The notes beneath the pieces are model-generated. The model saw nothing but the letters and a program-made list of their open reading frames with translations, was not told where the DNA came from and made no database searches. DNA of 32,000 nt, from NCBI GenBank assembly GCA_963843975.1, contig CAWJMG010000001.1, positions 270,001 to 302,000 of the forward strand, read 5' to 3'. Shown here piece by piece: positions 9,101-18,386 of this stretch (position 1 is the stretch's first letter; every line of letters begins with the position of its first letter). Both the position numbers and the translations under genes were made by a program. Source of the DNA: an uncultured Actinomycetes bacterium. Its GTDB lineage: Bacteria; Actinomycetota; Actinomycetes; S36-B12; CAIYMF01.

Positions 9101-10042
9101 CGGGCGTCCGCCTCTCGGGCAGAGGTGCCGTCGTCGGCCGGCCAGCCTCCGAGTCGGACGAGGCGGCCGTCCACCGACACGAGGCGGCACGGAAGTCCAC
9201 TCTCCTCCAACCACGGCACCGCATGCTCACCGAGCACGATGGCGGCGGTGGTGGCGGTGTTCGCGGTGAGGCAGTCGCCGGCGGCGACGCTGACCGTGCG
9301 CCACACGGGGGTCACCGGGCGCCAGGTCGTGGGGTCCACGAGGTGGGCCAGGCTCGATCCGTCGCGACCGGTGCGGGCGCGCACGGTGGTGCTCGAGGTG
9401 GCGAGGCCGCCGCCGGACACGCTGACGGCCTGCGCGACGGGGTTGGCTGTGTCGACGCCCTCGCGGTGGTCGTCGGTGACGACGACGAGCCAGCCGCCGT
9501 GCGGCGCCGGCCCCGAGGTGGCGATGTCGCCGCCGAGGGAGACGAGCGCGCCGCCCTCGACGACACCGGCGGCGAGCTCGGCCGCGCGGTCCGCAGCCCA
9601 GGCCTTCGCCGTCGCGCCGAGGTCGAGACGCAGGCCGGCCGGCAGCCACACCGTGTGCACGCCGTCCTCCTCCACCAGGATCACGTCGCGGTGGCTGCCG
9701 GTGCGGGTGATGGTCGCGTTGAACGACGGCGCGCTGATGGTGACGCCGCCGACGGTCGGGTCGACGGTGCCCTCGGTGAGCCTCCGCGGCGTCGAGCGCG
9801 ACCCGCAGCAGCTGCGCGAGGAGCGCGCTGATGACGACGGGTGCGCCCTCGGCGGCGTTCACCGCGGTGATCTCGCTGTCCGCACGCCACGTGCTGGCGG
9901 CGACGTCGACCTCGGCGAGCCAGCGGACGACCTCGCTCACCGCGAGGTCGTGGCTGCCGTGGCCCTGCGTGGTCACCGTCGCGCGTCCACCCCAGAGGTC
10001 GAACGTGGAGGTGCGCATGTCGAGCTCGGCCATGACCGTCAT
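9097..10042 (-). pseudogene. apbE: FAD:protein FMN transferase (ApbE family), split by a +1 frame change
   Basis: The N-terminal 87 aa are in the frame of ORF 9227..10042: ...TFDLWGGRATV...STWRADSEITAVNAAEGAPVVISALLAQLLRVALDAAEA. The rest is in the frame of ORF 9097..9684: TEGTVDPTVGG...LDLGATAKAWAADRAA...LVSLGGDIA...GGLATSS...AHLVDPTTWRP...CLTANTATTAA. The switch is at about 9781. Confidence 0.8.
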
Positions 10043-10043
10043 G

Positions 10044-10418
10044 TCACGATCCGCCGGAGGTGGCGGCGGCCTTCGGCGCAGCCGGGGCGGCGACGGGGGC
10101 CGCGGGCGGCGGCGTGAGCTTCGGTGCGGCCGGGGTCTTCGTGGTGGTGACGGTCGATGCCGTCTTCTTCGCAGCTGCGGCCTTCTTGGCGGCGGCCGTG
10201 GCCTTCGCGGTGGGGGTCACGGTCGAGGTGGAGCCGGCGGCGACAGTGGTGGTGCCGGCGGCCGGGGCCTGCTTGTCGACGGCCTGGGCGGCGCTGACCA
10301 TCCCGAAGCCGAGGCCGAACGCTCCGGCGGCTCCGATGACGGCGGTGCCGACGGTGACGGCCGTGACGCGGCGCAGGACGGCGTCGCGGTGGTCAGGGGT
10401 CCAAGGGCGGTGCTGCAT
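10044..10418 (-). CDS. Secreted low-complexity Ala/Thr/Pro/Lys-rich protein, first gene of the redox operon
   Basis: The ATG at 10418 is preceded by GGAGGA with a 4-nt spacer. MQHRPWTPDHRDAVLRRVTAVTVGTAVIGAAGAFGLGFGMVSAAQA looks like a signal peptide with an AQA cleavage site. About 79 aa of low-complexity sequence follow, ending ...AAATSGGS. The stop lies 1 nt before the ApbE start. Confidence 0.55.
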   Translation of the reverse strand: MQHRPWTPDHRDAVLRRVTAVTVGTAVIGAAGAFGLGFGMVSAAQAVDKQAPAAGTTTVAAGSTSTVTPTAKATAAAKKAAAAKKTASTVTTTKTPAAPKLTPPPAAPVAAPAAPKAAATSGGS

Positions 10419-10603
10419 GGTGTCCTCCGTTGTCGGCCCCCGGTGGAGGGGGTACGACCAGGACACCGCAGCGGCGGTAGCGGCTTGGTCAGCCGCCGGT
10501 CAACGGATTGCCAACACCGGCTGAGTGTTCGTACAGGAACGCCGGGGGCACTGCCTCACGCTCACCCGCACGGCCCAACCGCCAGCGGAGAGCGAGGGGG
10601 CGA

Positions 10604-10894
10604 CTACGCGCAGTCGAGGCAGATGTCGACGCCGGGCTTGGCGCGACGGGTGCGGTGCTGCACGAGGAAGCACTTGTCGCAGCGGAACTCGTCCGCGAGC
10701 TGCGGCACCACGGCGACAGCGAGCACCTCGCCGGAGAGATCGGCGCCCGGGAGCTCGAGATCCTCGAGCAGGTTCGCCTCGTCCTCGACCAGCGTCTCGG
10801 TCGTCGGAGCCTGAGCGCGCAGTGCGTCAAGGCTCGCGGTCTGCTCTGCCGCCGTCGCCTCCGCGTCGCGCGGTGCGTCGTAGTCGGTAGCCAC
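10604..10894 (-). CDS. DUF4193 family protein
   Basis: MATDYDAPRD...LELPGADLSGEVLAVAVVPQLADEFRCDKCFLVQHRTRRAKPGVDICLDCA. This is the characteristic N-terminus, acidic middle and C-terminal CxxC...CxxC of actinobacterial DUF4193 proteins. Confidence 0.85.
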   Translation of the reverse strand: MATDYDAPRDAEATAAEQTASLDALRAQAPTTETLVEDEANLLEDLELPGADLSGEVLAVAVVPQLADEFRCDKCFLVQHRTRRAKPGVDICLDCA

Positions 10895-11051
10895 CGTTCC
10901 TCCTGCTCCCCCACACGTGCCGTCAACCCGGGTGCTCCGGAGGTGCCGAGGGTACGCCAGAGTTGGACCTCTCGCTCACGCGGGTCATGACCTGGACATG
11001 AACGCTCGGCGAAGCCGTCGGACGCGGGGCCTCCCCCTCTAGGGTCGGAGC

Positions 11052-12782
11052 ATGGCCTCGACGCCGGATCGACCGCTGCGCTCCTCCGAGTGGTACGGCG
11101 GCGACGACCGCAACGCGTACATCCACCGGGCCTGGATGCGGCGAGGACTTCCGTCCGACGCGTTCAGCGGACGGCCGCACATCGCGATCGCCAACACGGC
11201 GTCCGACCTGACCCCGTGCAACGCGCACCTGTCCGAGGTGGCGCGCTCGGTGCGGGACGGCGTGCACGAGGCGGGCGGCATCCCGCTCGAGCTGCCGGTC
11301 GTGTCGCTCGGCGAGACGCAGGTGCGGCCGACGGCGATGCTCTGGCGCAACATGGCCGCGATGGCGATCGAGGAGATGCTGCGCGCCAACCCGATCGACG
11401 GCGTGGTGCTGCTCGGCGGCTGCGACAAGACGATCCCGTCGCTGCTCATGGCGGCGGCGTCGGTGGACCTCCCCGCAGTCGTGGTGCCCGGCGGCCCGAT
11501 GATCACCGGCACCTTCCGCGGCACGCCGCTCGGCTGCGGCACCGACGTGTGGAGGCTGTCCGAGGAGGTCCGCGCAGGTGGCATGACCGCCGACGACTTC
11601 GCGCGGTCGGAGTCGTCGATGATCCGTTCGCGCGGCCACTGCAACACGATGGGCACGGCGTCCACGATGGGGCTGCTCGCCGAGGCGCTCGGCACGGTCG
11701 TCCCGGGGATCGCAGGGACTCCGGCACCCGACTCGCGGCTGCTCGAGGCGGCGCACGCGACGGGGAAGCTCGCGGTGTCGCTCGTGCACGACCAGCGCAC
11801 GCCGTCGGCCTTCCTCACGAAGGCCTCGTTCCACAACGCCATCGTGGCGCTCGCCGCGATCGGCGGGTCGTCCAACGCCGTCGTGCACCTGCTCGCGATC
11901 GCGGGCCGTCTCGACATCGACTTCACCCTCGACGACGTCGACCGCATCGGCGCAGGGGTGCCGTGCGTGGTCGACCTGCAGCCCGCCGGCCGTTTCCTCA
12001 TGGACGACCTGCACCGCGCAGGCGGTCTGCTCGCGGTGCTCGCCGAGGTGCGCGACCTGCTCGACCCGAGTGCGCTCACGGTGACCGGCGAGCCGCTCGT
12101 GTCGTACCTCGACGACGCCCAGGTGTGGGACGCCGAGGTCATCAGGCCGCGCTCCGCTCCTCTCGTGGCCGATGCCGGCATGGCCGTGCTGCGCGGCAAC
12201 CTCGCGCCGGACGGCGCGATCCTGAAGCCGGCCGCGGCCTCTTCGCACCTGCTGCAGCACCGCGGCCGCGCCCTCGTCTTCGACTCGATCGAGGACTTCC
12301 ACGCGCGCATCGACGACCCCGATCTCGACGTCGACGCCGACACCGTGCTGGTGCTGCGTGGCTGCGGCCCACGCGGCTACCCCGGCATGCCCGAGGTCGC
12401 CAACATGCCGCTGCCGACCAAGCTGCTCGAGCAGGGCGTGCGCGACATGGTGCGGGTGTGCGACGGCCGCATGAGCGGGACGGCGTACGGCACGGTCGTG
12501 CTGCACGTGGCCCCCGAGGCGGCCGCGGGCGGGCCGCTGGCGCGCATCCGCACCGGCGACGTGATCGTGCTCGACGTCGCGGGTCGGCGACTCGACGTCG
12601 AGCTGAGCGGCGACGAGCTGGCCGCGCGCGAGCCATCAGCAGTGGCCGCTGCGTCGTACGCGAACCCCGCGCGCGGGTGGGAGCGGCTGTACGTCGACCA
12701 CGTGCTGCAGGCCGACTCCGGTGCCGACCTCGACTTCCTGCGCGGCTCCAGCGGCTCGAAGGTGAGCCGCGAGTCGCACTGA
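11052..12782 (+). CDS. IlvD/Edd-family dehydratase (dihydroxy-acid / sugar-acid dehydratase)
   Basis: 576-aa ORF. Motifs: RPHIAIANTASDLTPCNAHL, LLGGCDKTIPSLLMAAAS, CNTMGTASTM, SSNAVVHLLAIAGR, DGRMSGTAYG. Closer to the arabonate/xylonate-type branch than to canonical IlvD, but substrate cannot be assigned from sequence alone. Confidence 0.9.
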   Translation: MASTPDRPLRSSEWYGGDDRNAYIHRAWMRRGLPSDAFSGRPHIAIANTASDLTPCNAHLSEVARSVRDGVHEAGGIPLELPVVSLGETQVRPTAMLWRNMAAMAIEEMLRANPIDGVVLLGGCDKTIPSLLMAAASVDLPAVVVPGGPMITGTFRGTPLGCGTDVWRLSEEVRAGGMTADDFARSESSMIRSRGHCNTMGTASTMGLLAEALGTVVPGIAGTPAPDSRLLEAAHATGKLAVSLVHDQRTPSAFLTKASFHNAIVALAAIGGSSNAVVHLLAIAGRLDIDFTLDDVDRIGAGVPCVVDLQPAGRFLMDDLHRAGGLLAVLAEVRDLLDPSALTVTGEPLVSYLDDAQVWDAEVIRPRSAPLVADAGMAVLRGNLAPDGAILKPAAASSHLLQHRGRALVFDSIEDFHARIDDPDLDVDADTVLVLRGCGPRGYPGMPEVANMPLPTKLLEQGVRDMVRVCDGRMSGTAYGTVVLHVAPEAAAGGPLARIRTGDVIVLDVAGRRLDVELSGDELAAREPSAVAAASYANPARGWERLYVDHVLQADSGADLDFLRGSSGSKVSRESH

Positions 12783-12786
12783 CAGA

Positions 12787-12828
12787 ACGACGGCGGCCCC
12801 GGGGATCGCTCCCCGGGGCCGCCGTCGT
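12787..12828. terminator. Strong bidirectional intrinsic-terminator-like hairpin between convergent genes
   Basis: ACGACGGCGGCCCCGGGGA-TCGC-TCCCCGGGGCCGCCGTCGT: a 19-bp perfect GC-rich stem with a 4-nt loop. It sits in the 56-bp gap between the stops at 12782 (+) and 12839 (-). Confidence 0.8.
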
Positions 12829-12838
12829 CACTGCAGGG

Positions 12839-15598
12839 TCAGCGGCGGACCTTCAGCACCGCCCACTGGTAGCGCGTCGCCAGCTCGTCACCGACGAAGA
12901 GGTCGGTGCGGTAGAGCGGGCCCACGAGCATCGGCGTGCCGGTGCCGGTGGTGCTCTTGAGGTTGTACTGCCAGTAGCCGCCGCCGCGAACGCGGCTGTC
13001 ACGGACCCAGCGCATCTGCGTCGAGCCGGCCGCGGTGGCCGGACCGGCGCTGTCGAGGCCCACCACGATCGAGACGTCGGCCGCCGGGTTGTTGACGTAC
13101 GACTGGGTGCAGACGTCGTAGATCGTCGCCTTCACCGGCACCGTGCGACCGGCCCGGATCGTGTTGACGTCGATGTCGCCGGCCTCGGAGTCGTGCAGGT
13201 CGCCGCGGAAGTCGATCGAGTACGTCTGCCGCACCGAGGCCGCGTTGGTCGACGCCTTCGACACCGCGGTGCCGTCTGCCGCCGTCACCGTGACGACCGG
13301 CGTGTAGATGCCGGGCGCCGCGTAGCGGTGGGTGAGGTTGGGCTGCGCGCCCTCGGTCGACGTGGAGTACGCCGTCGTGGTGCCGTCGCCCCAGGCCACG
13401 TTCACCGACCACGAGCCACCGGTCTGGCCGAGGTCGTCGAACGAGATCCCCGAGAGGGTCACCCGCGCCCGGCAGTCGACCGCGCCGCTGGCGAACGACG
13501 GCGCCGCGACGACCGGGAGGACGACGTCGCTGCGGCTCGCGAGGATCTCGATCCGCAGGTCCTGCGACGCCGGGGTGTCGGCCACGTCGTACGCCGTCGC
13601 CGGCGTCGGGTGCTCGGCGAGGAGGAAGTCCTCGAACGCCTTCTGCTCGCCGAGGATGTCGGCCAGCGTGATGCCGACGGACGTCGCGGCTGCGGCCGTG
13701 GTGAAGTCCAGCGCCTCGTCGACGGGGGCCGACAGCGTGCCGTCGGTCTTGAGGAAGCGGAAGCTGTCGGCGTTCGCCTTGATCGGGTAGGCGTCCCCGC
13801 CGTTGGCGGTGAAGCTCAGGGAGATCATGTGGATCACGGCCGGCGCGTTCGGGTTGACCACGCCGTCCTGCACGATCGTGGCGATGCGCTGGCCGCTCTC
13901 GTCGTACAGCGCGGCGCTGCGCAGCTTCTGCCCCGCCGGCTGGGTCGAGTCGTACGAGAAGCGGAGGCCGCCGATCTGCGGGTAGCCGCCGTTCTGGTTG
14001 CTCGGACCGGTCGAGAGGCCGGACGCGAAGTTCAGGATGTTCGCCAGGCCCTGCGGGGTCGTGTCGAACACCATGAGCTTGTTGTCGAAGCGCAGCGCGT
14101 TCTCGACGTCGAGCTGGGAGATGGCACCGGCCGGCTTGCTGGCCAGCGGGTTGGCGATGTTGGGGATCTTGCCGCCGTCCTCGTCGATCGAGCCGATCGA
14201 GGCACGGATGCCGCCGCCGTTCTTCAGCGACACGACGTGCTGGCCGCTGAACGCGGCCTCGGCCACCAGGGCGTTGGCGTCGGCCGTGAGCGAGCCGAGG
14301 TTGACCTCCTGGGTGCGGCCGAAGACGCGGTCGCCCTCGAGGTAGACGTTGCTGTAGCCGTAGAGCGTGCCGTCCTTGGCCGCGACCACGTCGCCGATCG
14401 CCTTGGTGATGGCTCGGACCTTCGCGCCGGTGACGCTGCCCGCGATGATCGTGGCGCCGGAGTCGCTGGTGGCGTACGCCGCCTGCAGGCTCGCCTCGGT
14501 GGCGGCGTACGCGCCGTTGACCACCGGGTCGAGCTCGGCGGTGTTGATGACGCCCGCGGCGTCGAACGGAACCACGAGACGGCCGAGGTAGCTGAACTCG
14601 GTGTCGGTCGTCACGACCAGCGTGGGTGCGCCGTCGTTGCCGGCGGTGACGTAGGGGTAGGTCTCGGAGAACACGGCGTCGTGGCCGTTGAACGCCACGG
14701 CGGTGTCGTTCGCGTCGCCCATGCGCTCGTGACCGCCTCCGGCGACCATGACGTCGACGCCGTGCAGCAGCGGCGCGAGCGCGCGGTTGCGGTCGAGGGT
14801 GTCGAGCTGGTCGACCATGACCACCTTGTTGACGCCGGTGGCCGTGAGCGCGTCGACGGTGGTCTGGATGATGCCCGCGAGCTCCGGGATCTTGACCGCG
14901 TCGCTCGTCGAGGCGACACCGCTGACCGTGGTGCCGTTGGGCGAGGTCTTGCTGAGCAGCTCGTACGTCGTCGCGCCGACGATGCCGATCTTCTCGCCGT
15001 TGACCGTCTTCACGGCGTACGGCGCGAACTTGCCCTTGATCGTGGTGACCTCCTTGCCCGCGAAGGCGTTGGTGGAGGTGCCGCCGACCGTCGCGTCGGA
15101 GAGGCCTCGCAGCGAGCTGTCGCCGGCGAAGCTGAGGTTGCTCGTGATGAACGGGAACTGCGCACCAGGCCAGGCGCCCGATGCCGCGACGGCGCCGGAC
15201 ACGACCGGCGAGCCGAGGTCGTACTCGTGGTTGCCGAGCGCCGAGGCGTCGACGCCCAGCGCGTTCATGATCGCGACGTCCGGGCGCCCGAGCGCGGTCG
15301 AGCCGATGCCCGGGATCGCGTTGAGCGAGGGGTCGGCACCGGCGACGAGCCACGGGCCGGGGATCCAGGTGTCGCCCTCGGCCAGCGTGATCGTGTTCGG
15401 GTACTCGCTCCGGAACTGGTCGACCAGCGCGCCGAGCGCCGGGGCCGTGTCGAGGCCGAGCAGGCCCGACTCCCCGTAGAAGTGCAGGATCTGCAGCTGA
15501 TAGGTGGTCGGTGCGGCCGCCGCCGGCGACAGTGGTGCGACGGCGAGCGCCGCGGCCGTGGCGGCTGCGGCGGTCGCTGCGATGACGCGCTTCCTCAT
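12839..15598 (-). CDS. Secreted bifunctional metallophosphatase / 5'-nucleotidase with a C-terminal PKD domain
   Basis: I prefer the ATG at 15598 (MRKRVIAATAAAATAAALAVAPLSPAAAAP, a signal peptide), with GGGGAG 7 nt upstream. Metallophosphatase motifs: ILHFYGES, GDTWIPG, GNHEYD, and a GGGHERMG region. A 5'-nucleotidase C-terminal domain follows, then a PKD-like segment WGDGTTTAY...THRYAAPGIYTPVVTVTAADGT. Confidence 0.9.
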   Translation of the reverse strand: MRKRVIAATAAAATAAALAVAPLSPAAAAPTTYQLQILHFYGESGLLGLDTAPALGALVDQFRSEYPNTITLAEGDTWIPGPWLVAGADPSLNAIPGIGSTALGRPDVAIMNALGVDASALGNHEYDLGSPVVSGAVAASGAWPGAQFPFITSNLSFAGDSSLRGLSDATVGGTSTNAFAGKEVTTIKGKFAPYAVKTVNGEKIGIVGATTYELLSKTSPNGTTVSGVASTSDAVKIPELAGIIQTTVDALTATGVNKVVMVDQLDTLDRNRALAPLLHGVDVMVAGGGHERMGDANDTAVAFNGHDAVFSETYPYVTAGNDGAPTLVVTTDTEFSYLGRLVVPFDAAGVINTAELDPVVNGAYAATEASLQAAYATSDSGATIIAGSVTGAKVRAITKAIGDVVAAKDGTLYGYSNVYLEGDRVFGRTQEVNLGSLTADANALVAEAAFSGQHVVSLKNGGGIRASIGSIDEDGGKIPNIANPLASKPAGAISQLDVENALRFDNKLMVFDTTPQGLANILNFASGLSTGPSNQNGGYPQIGGLRFSYDSTQPAGQKLRSAALYDESGQRIATIVQDGVVNPNAPAVIHMISLSFTANGGDAYPIKANADSFRFLKTDGTLSAPVDEALDFTTAAAATSVGITLADILGEQKAFEDFLLAEHPTPATAYDVADTPASQDLRIEILASRSDVVLPVVAAPSFASGAVDCRARVTLSGISFDDLGQTGGSWSVNVAWGDGTTTAYSTSTEGAQPNLTHRYAAPGIYTPVVTVTAADGTAVSKASTNAASVRQTYSIDFRGDLHDSEAGDIDVNTIRAGRTVPVKATIYDVCTQSYVNNPAADVSIVVGLDSAGPATAAGSTQMRWVRDSRVRGGGYWQYNLKSTTGTGTPMLVGPLYRTDLFVGDELATRYQWAVLKVRR

Positions 15599-15810
15599 GT
15601 GGATGCTCCCCATTCCCGCACCGGCGAGAAGCCGCACTGGCGACGCTGCCGGTGACCCCTGACGTGGCGCAGCGGTGCTGCGCGGCTCACGCCCCATGAC
15701 GTTCCTAGGTGCGGGGCAGGGCGCCGTCAAGCGGATCCCCGGAAGATCAGGGCCGGGTCACCGAGAGTCCCGCGCGGCAGACCGACAGAGCCGACATACC
15801 GGACGCGATG

Positions 15811-17217
15811 TCACTCCCCGGAGTCGAGGGCATCCGCCAGCAGAGCGATGGTCTGGTCGAGGTCGTCGGTGGTCGTGCGCGGGTTGATCGTGCAGAGTCG
15901 GAAGACCGTACGGCCGCGCAGGACGGTCGGGCTGACTGCCGCGAAGCCGTCCTGGGTCACCGCAGCCGCCGCACGCACGTGGTCGGCATCGGTGCGCGTC
16001 GGCGACGCGAACGTGATGATGCCGATCTGCGCGGGGGTCACGACCTCCAGGCGCGGGTGGGCCTCGACGACTCCCTGCGCGTGCTCGGCGAGCGCCACGC
16101 CGCGGTCGATCGCGTCGACGATCGTGCCCAGGCCGTACGTGCGGAACGTGAGCCACAGCTTCGCCGCACGGGTACGCCGGGTGAGCTCGAGGCCACGGTT
16201 GTGGAAGTTGACCGCGCCGTCCTGCGAGTCGCGCAGGTACTCCGGGTGCATCGCGAACGTGCGCTCGAGGGCACCGGGCTCGCGGACGATCAGGCATGCG
16301 ACGTCGTAGGGCTGGAACAGCCACTTGTGCGGGTCGAGCACGAACGAGTCGGCGAGCTCGAGGCCCGCGATGCCATGGCGTCCGACAGAGAACGCGGCCG
16401 GTCCGCCGTAGGCGCCGTCGACGTGCAGCCACATTCCGTGCGCCCCTGCCACGGCTGCGATCGCGGGGAGGTCGTCGATCGCGCCGGTGTTGGTGGTGCC
16501 CGCGGTGGCGACGACGACGGCCGGTGTGCGCCCGGCGGCGACGTCGGCCTCCACCGCCGCACGCAGCACCTCGGCGTCGAGCCGGAAGCCGTCGTCGGTC
16601 GTCAGCAGACGCACCTGGTCTGCGGGCCAGCCCATGGCGAGCGCGCCGCGCTTGATCGACGAGTGGGTCTGGTCGGACAGGTAGAGCACGCCGTCGCCGC
16701 GCTCGGCGCGCGCCGTGATGAGGGCGGTGGTGCTCGCCATCGAGCCGCCCGAGAGCAGGATCCCGGCCGCGCCCTCGGGGAGGCCGAGCGCCTCGCGGAT
16801 CCAGTCGAGCACGACGAGCTCGAGCGTGGCGGTGCCCGAGCCCCCACCCCACGACGACGCGATCGCCTGCATGCCGGTCGCGAGCCAGTCACCCAGCACC
16901 GCGGCGTACGACGACGGGCCGGGCACGCGGGCGAAGTAGCGCGGGTGGTCGCCGTGCTGCTGGTGCTCGAGGGCGACGTCGGCGAGAAGCGCGAGGTCGG
17001 CCTCGATGTCCCCGGCCGCGGTGGGTAGCGGGCCGCCGAGGGCGGCGCGCAGCGCGTCGTGGTCGGCGACGGTGAGGGCGGGGCGGTCGCCAAGGGTCGT
17101 CAGGTGCTCGATCGTTCGGTCGACCACCCAGTGGCCGAGCGCGCGCAGCCGCTCGGGGTCGACGTCGAGGACGTCGGGCGGCACGTCGAGCCCAGGGCGC
17201 TGCGGGTCGTCGGCCAT
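15811..17217 (-). CDS. Pyridoxal-phosphate-dependent (group II) amino-acid decarboxylase
   Basis: 468-aa ORF. Motifs: SGGSMASTTAL, HVDGAYGG, and the PLP-lysine motif DPHKWLFQPYD. The ATG overlaps the upstream stop (ATGA at 17217). Confidence 0.9.
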   Translation of the reverse strand: MADDPQRPGLDVPPDVLDVDPERLRALGHWVVDRTIEHLTTLGDRPALTVADHDALRAALGGPLPTAAGDIEADLALLADVALEHQQHGDHPRYFARVPGPSSYAAVLGDWLATGMQAIASSWGGGSGTATLELVVLDWIREALGLPEGAAGILLSGGSMASTTALITARAERGDGVLYLSDQTHSSIKRGALAMGWPADQVRLLTTDDGFRLDAEVLRAAVEADVAAGRTPAVVVATAGTTNTGAIDDLPAIAAVAGAHGMWLHVDGAYGGPAAFSVGRHGIAGLELADSFVLDPHKWLFQPYDVACLIVREPGALERTFAMHPEYLRDSQDGAVNFHNRGLELTRRTRAAKLWLTFRTYGLGTIVDAIDRGVALAEHAQGVVEAHPRLEVVTPAQIGIITFASPTRTDADHVRAAAAVTQDGFAAVSPTVLRGRTVFRLCTINPRTTTDDLDQTIALLADALDSGE

Positions 17218-18335
17218 CAGACGATGTTGTGCTCGAGGACGCGGACTCCGGCGGTGAACCGCTCGGCCGACAGGGAGGTCACGTCGACGACGGTCTCACG
17301 CCCGAGCCAGAGGTCGCGCACGACCTCGCCGACGGCTGGGCCCTGCAGGAACCCGTGGCCGGAGAAGCCGGCGGCGTACACGAACCGCGAGATCCCGTGT
17401 GCCTCACCGATCACGGCGTTGTGGTCGGGTGTCGTCTCGTACAGCCCAGCCCACCGGTGCGCCATGCCGACCTCGAGCAGAGCGGGTGCGCGTCGCTCCA
17501 TCACCTCGACCAGGTCCGGCAGCCATTCCTCGCTGTAGCTCTCGCGGAACCCCGGCGTCTCGGCCTGGTACGACATGCCGAGGAGCACGCCCGGGCCCTC
17601 GCGGTGGAGGTAGAAGGTGGACGCCGCGTCGATCGTCATCGGCATCTCGTCGTGGAAGATCCGCAGCAGGTCGTCCGAGATCGGCTCGGTCACGAGGATC
17701 TGGCGCCGCAGCGGCTCGATCGGCAGGTCGACGCCGACCCACTCCCCCACGGCCTTCGACCACGCGCCCGCCGCGCACACCACACCGCCGGCCGCGATCG
17801 TGCCCGCGCTGGTCGTCACGGCGGTGATCTCGCCGCCGCTCGTCTCGGTGCCCGTCACCTCGATGCCGGTGCGGATGGTGGCGCCGAGGTCGCGCGCGGC
17901 CTTGGCGTAGCCCTGCACGACCGACTCGGGGCTGCAGTAGCCGTCGCGCGGGTGGAACGTGGCGCCGATGACGTCGTCGGTGACGACGCCGGGGCTGAGG
18001 CGCGCGGCCTCGTCGGGCGTCAGCAGCTGCGTGGGCACGCCCATCGAGTTCTGCAGCGCCACTGCCTGCTCGGCCGCGGCCAGGCCGGACGTCTCGGTGT
18101 GCAGGAACAGGTAGCCGACCTGGCGCAGGTCGATCTCGGCACCGGGTCGTGCGCCGAACTGCTCGAACGCCGGCAGGCTGCGCGCACCGAGCGCGATGTT
18201 GACGGGGTCGGAGAACTGCGCGCGCACGCCGCCCGCGGACTTCGACGTCGATCCGCCCGCGAGGTCGCCCTTCTCGAGCAGCACGATGTCGGTGACACCG
18301 GCCTCGGCCAGATGAAACGCGGCGCTCGCGCCCAT
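17217..18335 (-). CDS. FAD-dependent oxidoreductase (DAO family; sarcosine / pipecolate / amine oxidase-like), true 5' end unresolved
   Basis: The 372-aa ORF starts MGASAAFHLAEAGVTDIVLLEKG. The in-frame sequence just upstream reads ...AQVVIVGGGV, which completes a Rossmann VVIVGGGVMGASAAF motif. No ATG, GTG or TTG lies between that segment and the in-frame TGA at 18387-18389. An ATG at 18390 (an ATGA overlap with the ALDH stop) is in the neighbouring frame. See findings. Confidence 0.8.
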   Translation of the reverse strand: MGASAAFHLAEAGVTDIVLLEKGDLAGGSTSKSAGGVRAQFSDPVNIALGARSLPAFEQFGARPGAEIDLRQVGYLFLHTETSGLAAAEQAVALQNSMGVPTQLLTPDEAARLSPGVVTDDVIGATFHPRDGYCSPESVVQGYAKAARDLGATIRTGIEVTGTETSGGEITAVTTSAGTIAAGGVVCAAGAWSKAVGEWVGVDLPIEPLRRQILVTEPISDDLLRIFHDEMPMTIDAASTFYLHREGPGVLLGMSYQAETPGFRESYSEEWLPDLVEVMERRAPALLEVGMAHRWAGLYETTPDHNAVIGEAHGISRFVYAAGFSGHGFLQGPAVGEVVRDLWLGRETVVDVTSLSAERFTAGVRVLEHNIV

Positions 18336-18386
18336 GACGCCGCCGCCGACGATGACGACCTGCGCGCTCGCAGGGAAGCTCGCGGC

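Noticed and set aside
11090-15655. 1521-aa ORF on the plus strand
   Set aside because: It is out of frame with the IlvD/Edd gene and antisense to the 5'-nucleotidase gene. The composition is Arg/Gly/Asp-rich nonsense. This is a high-G+C artefact.
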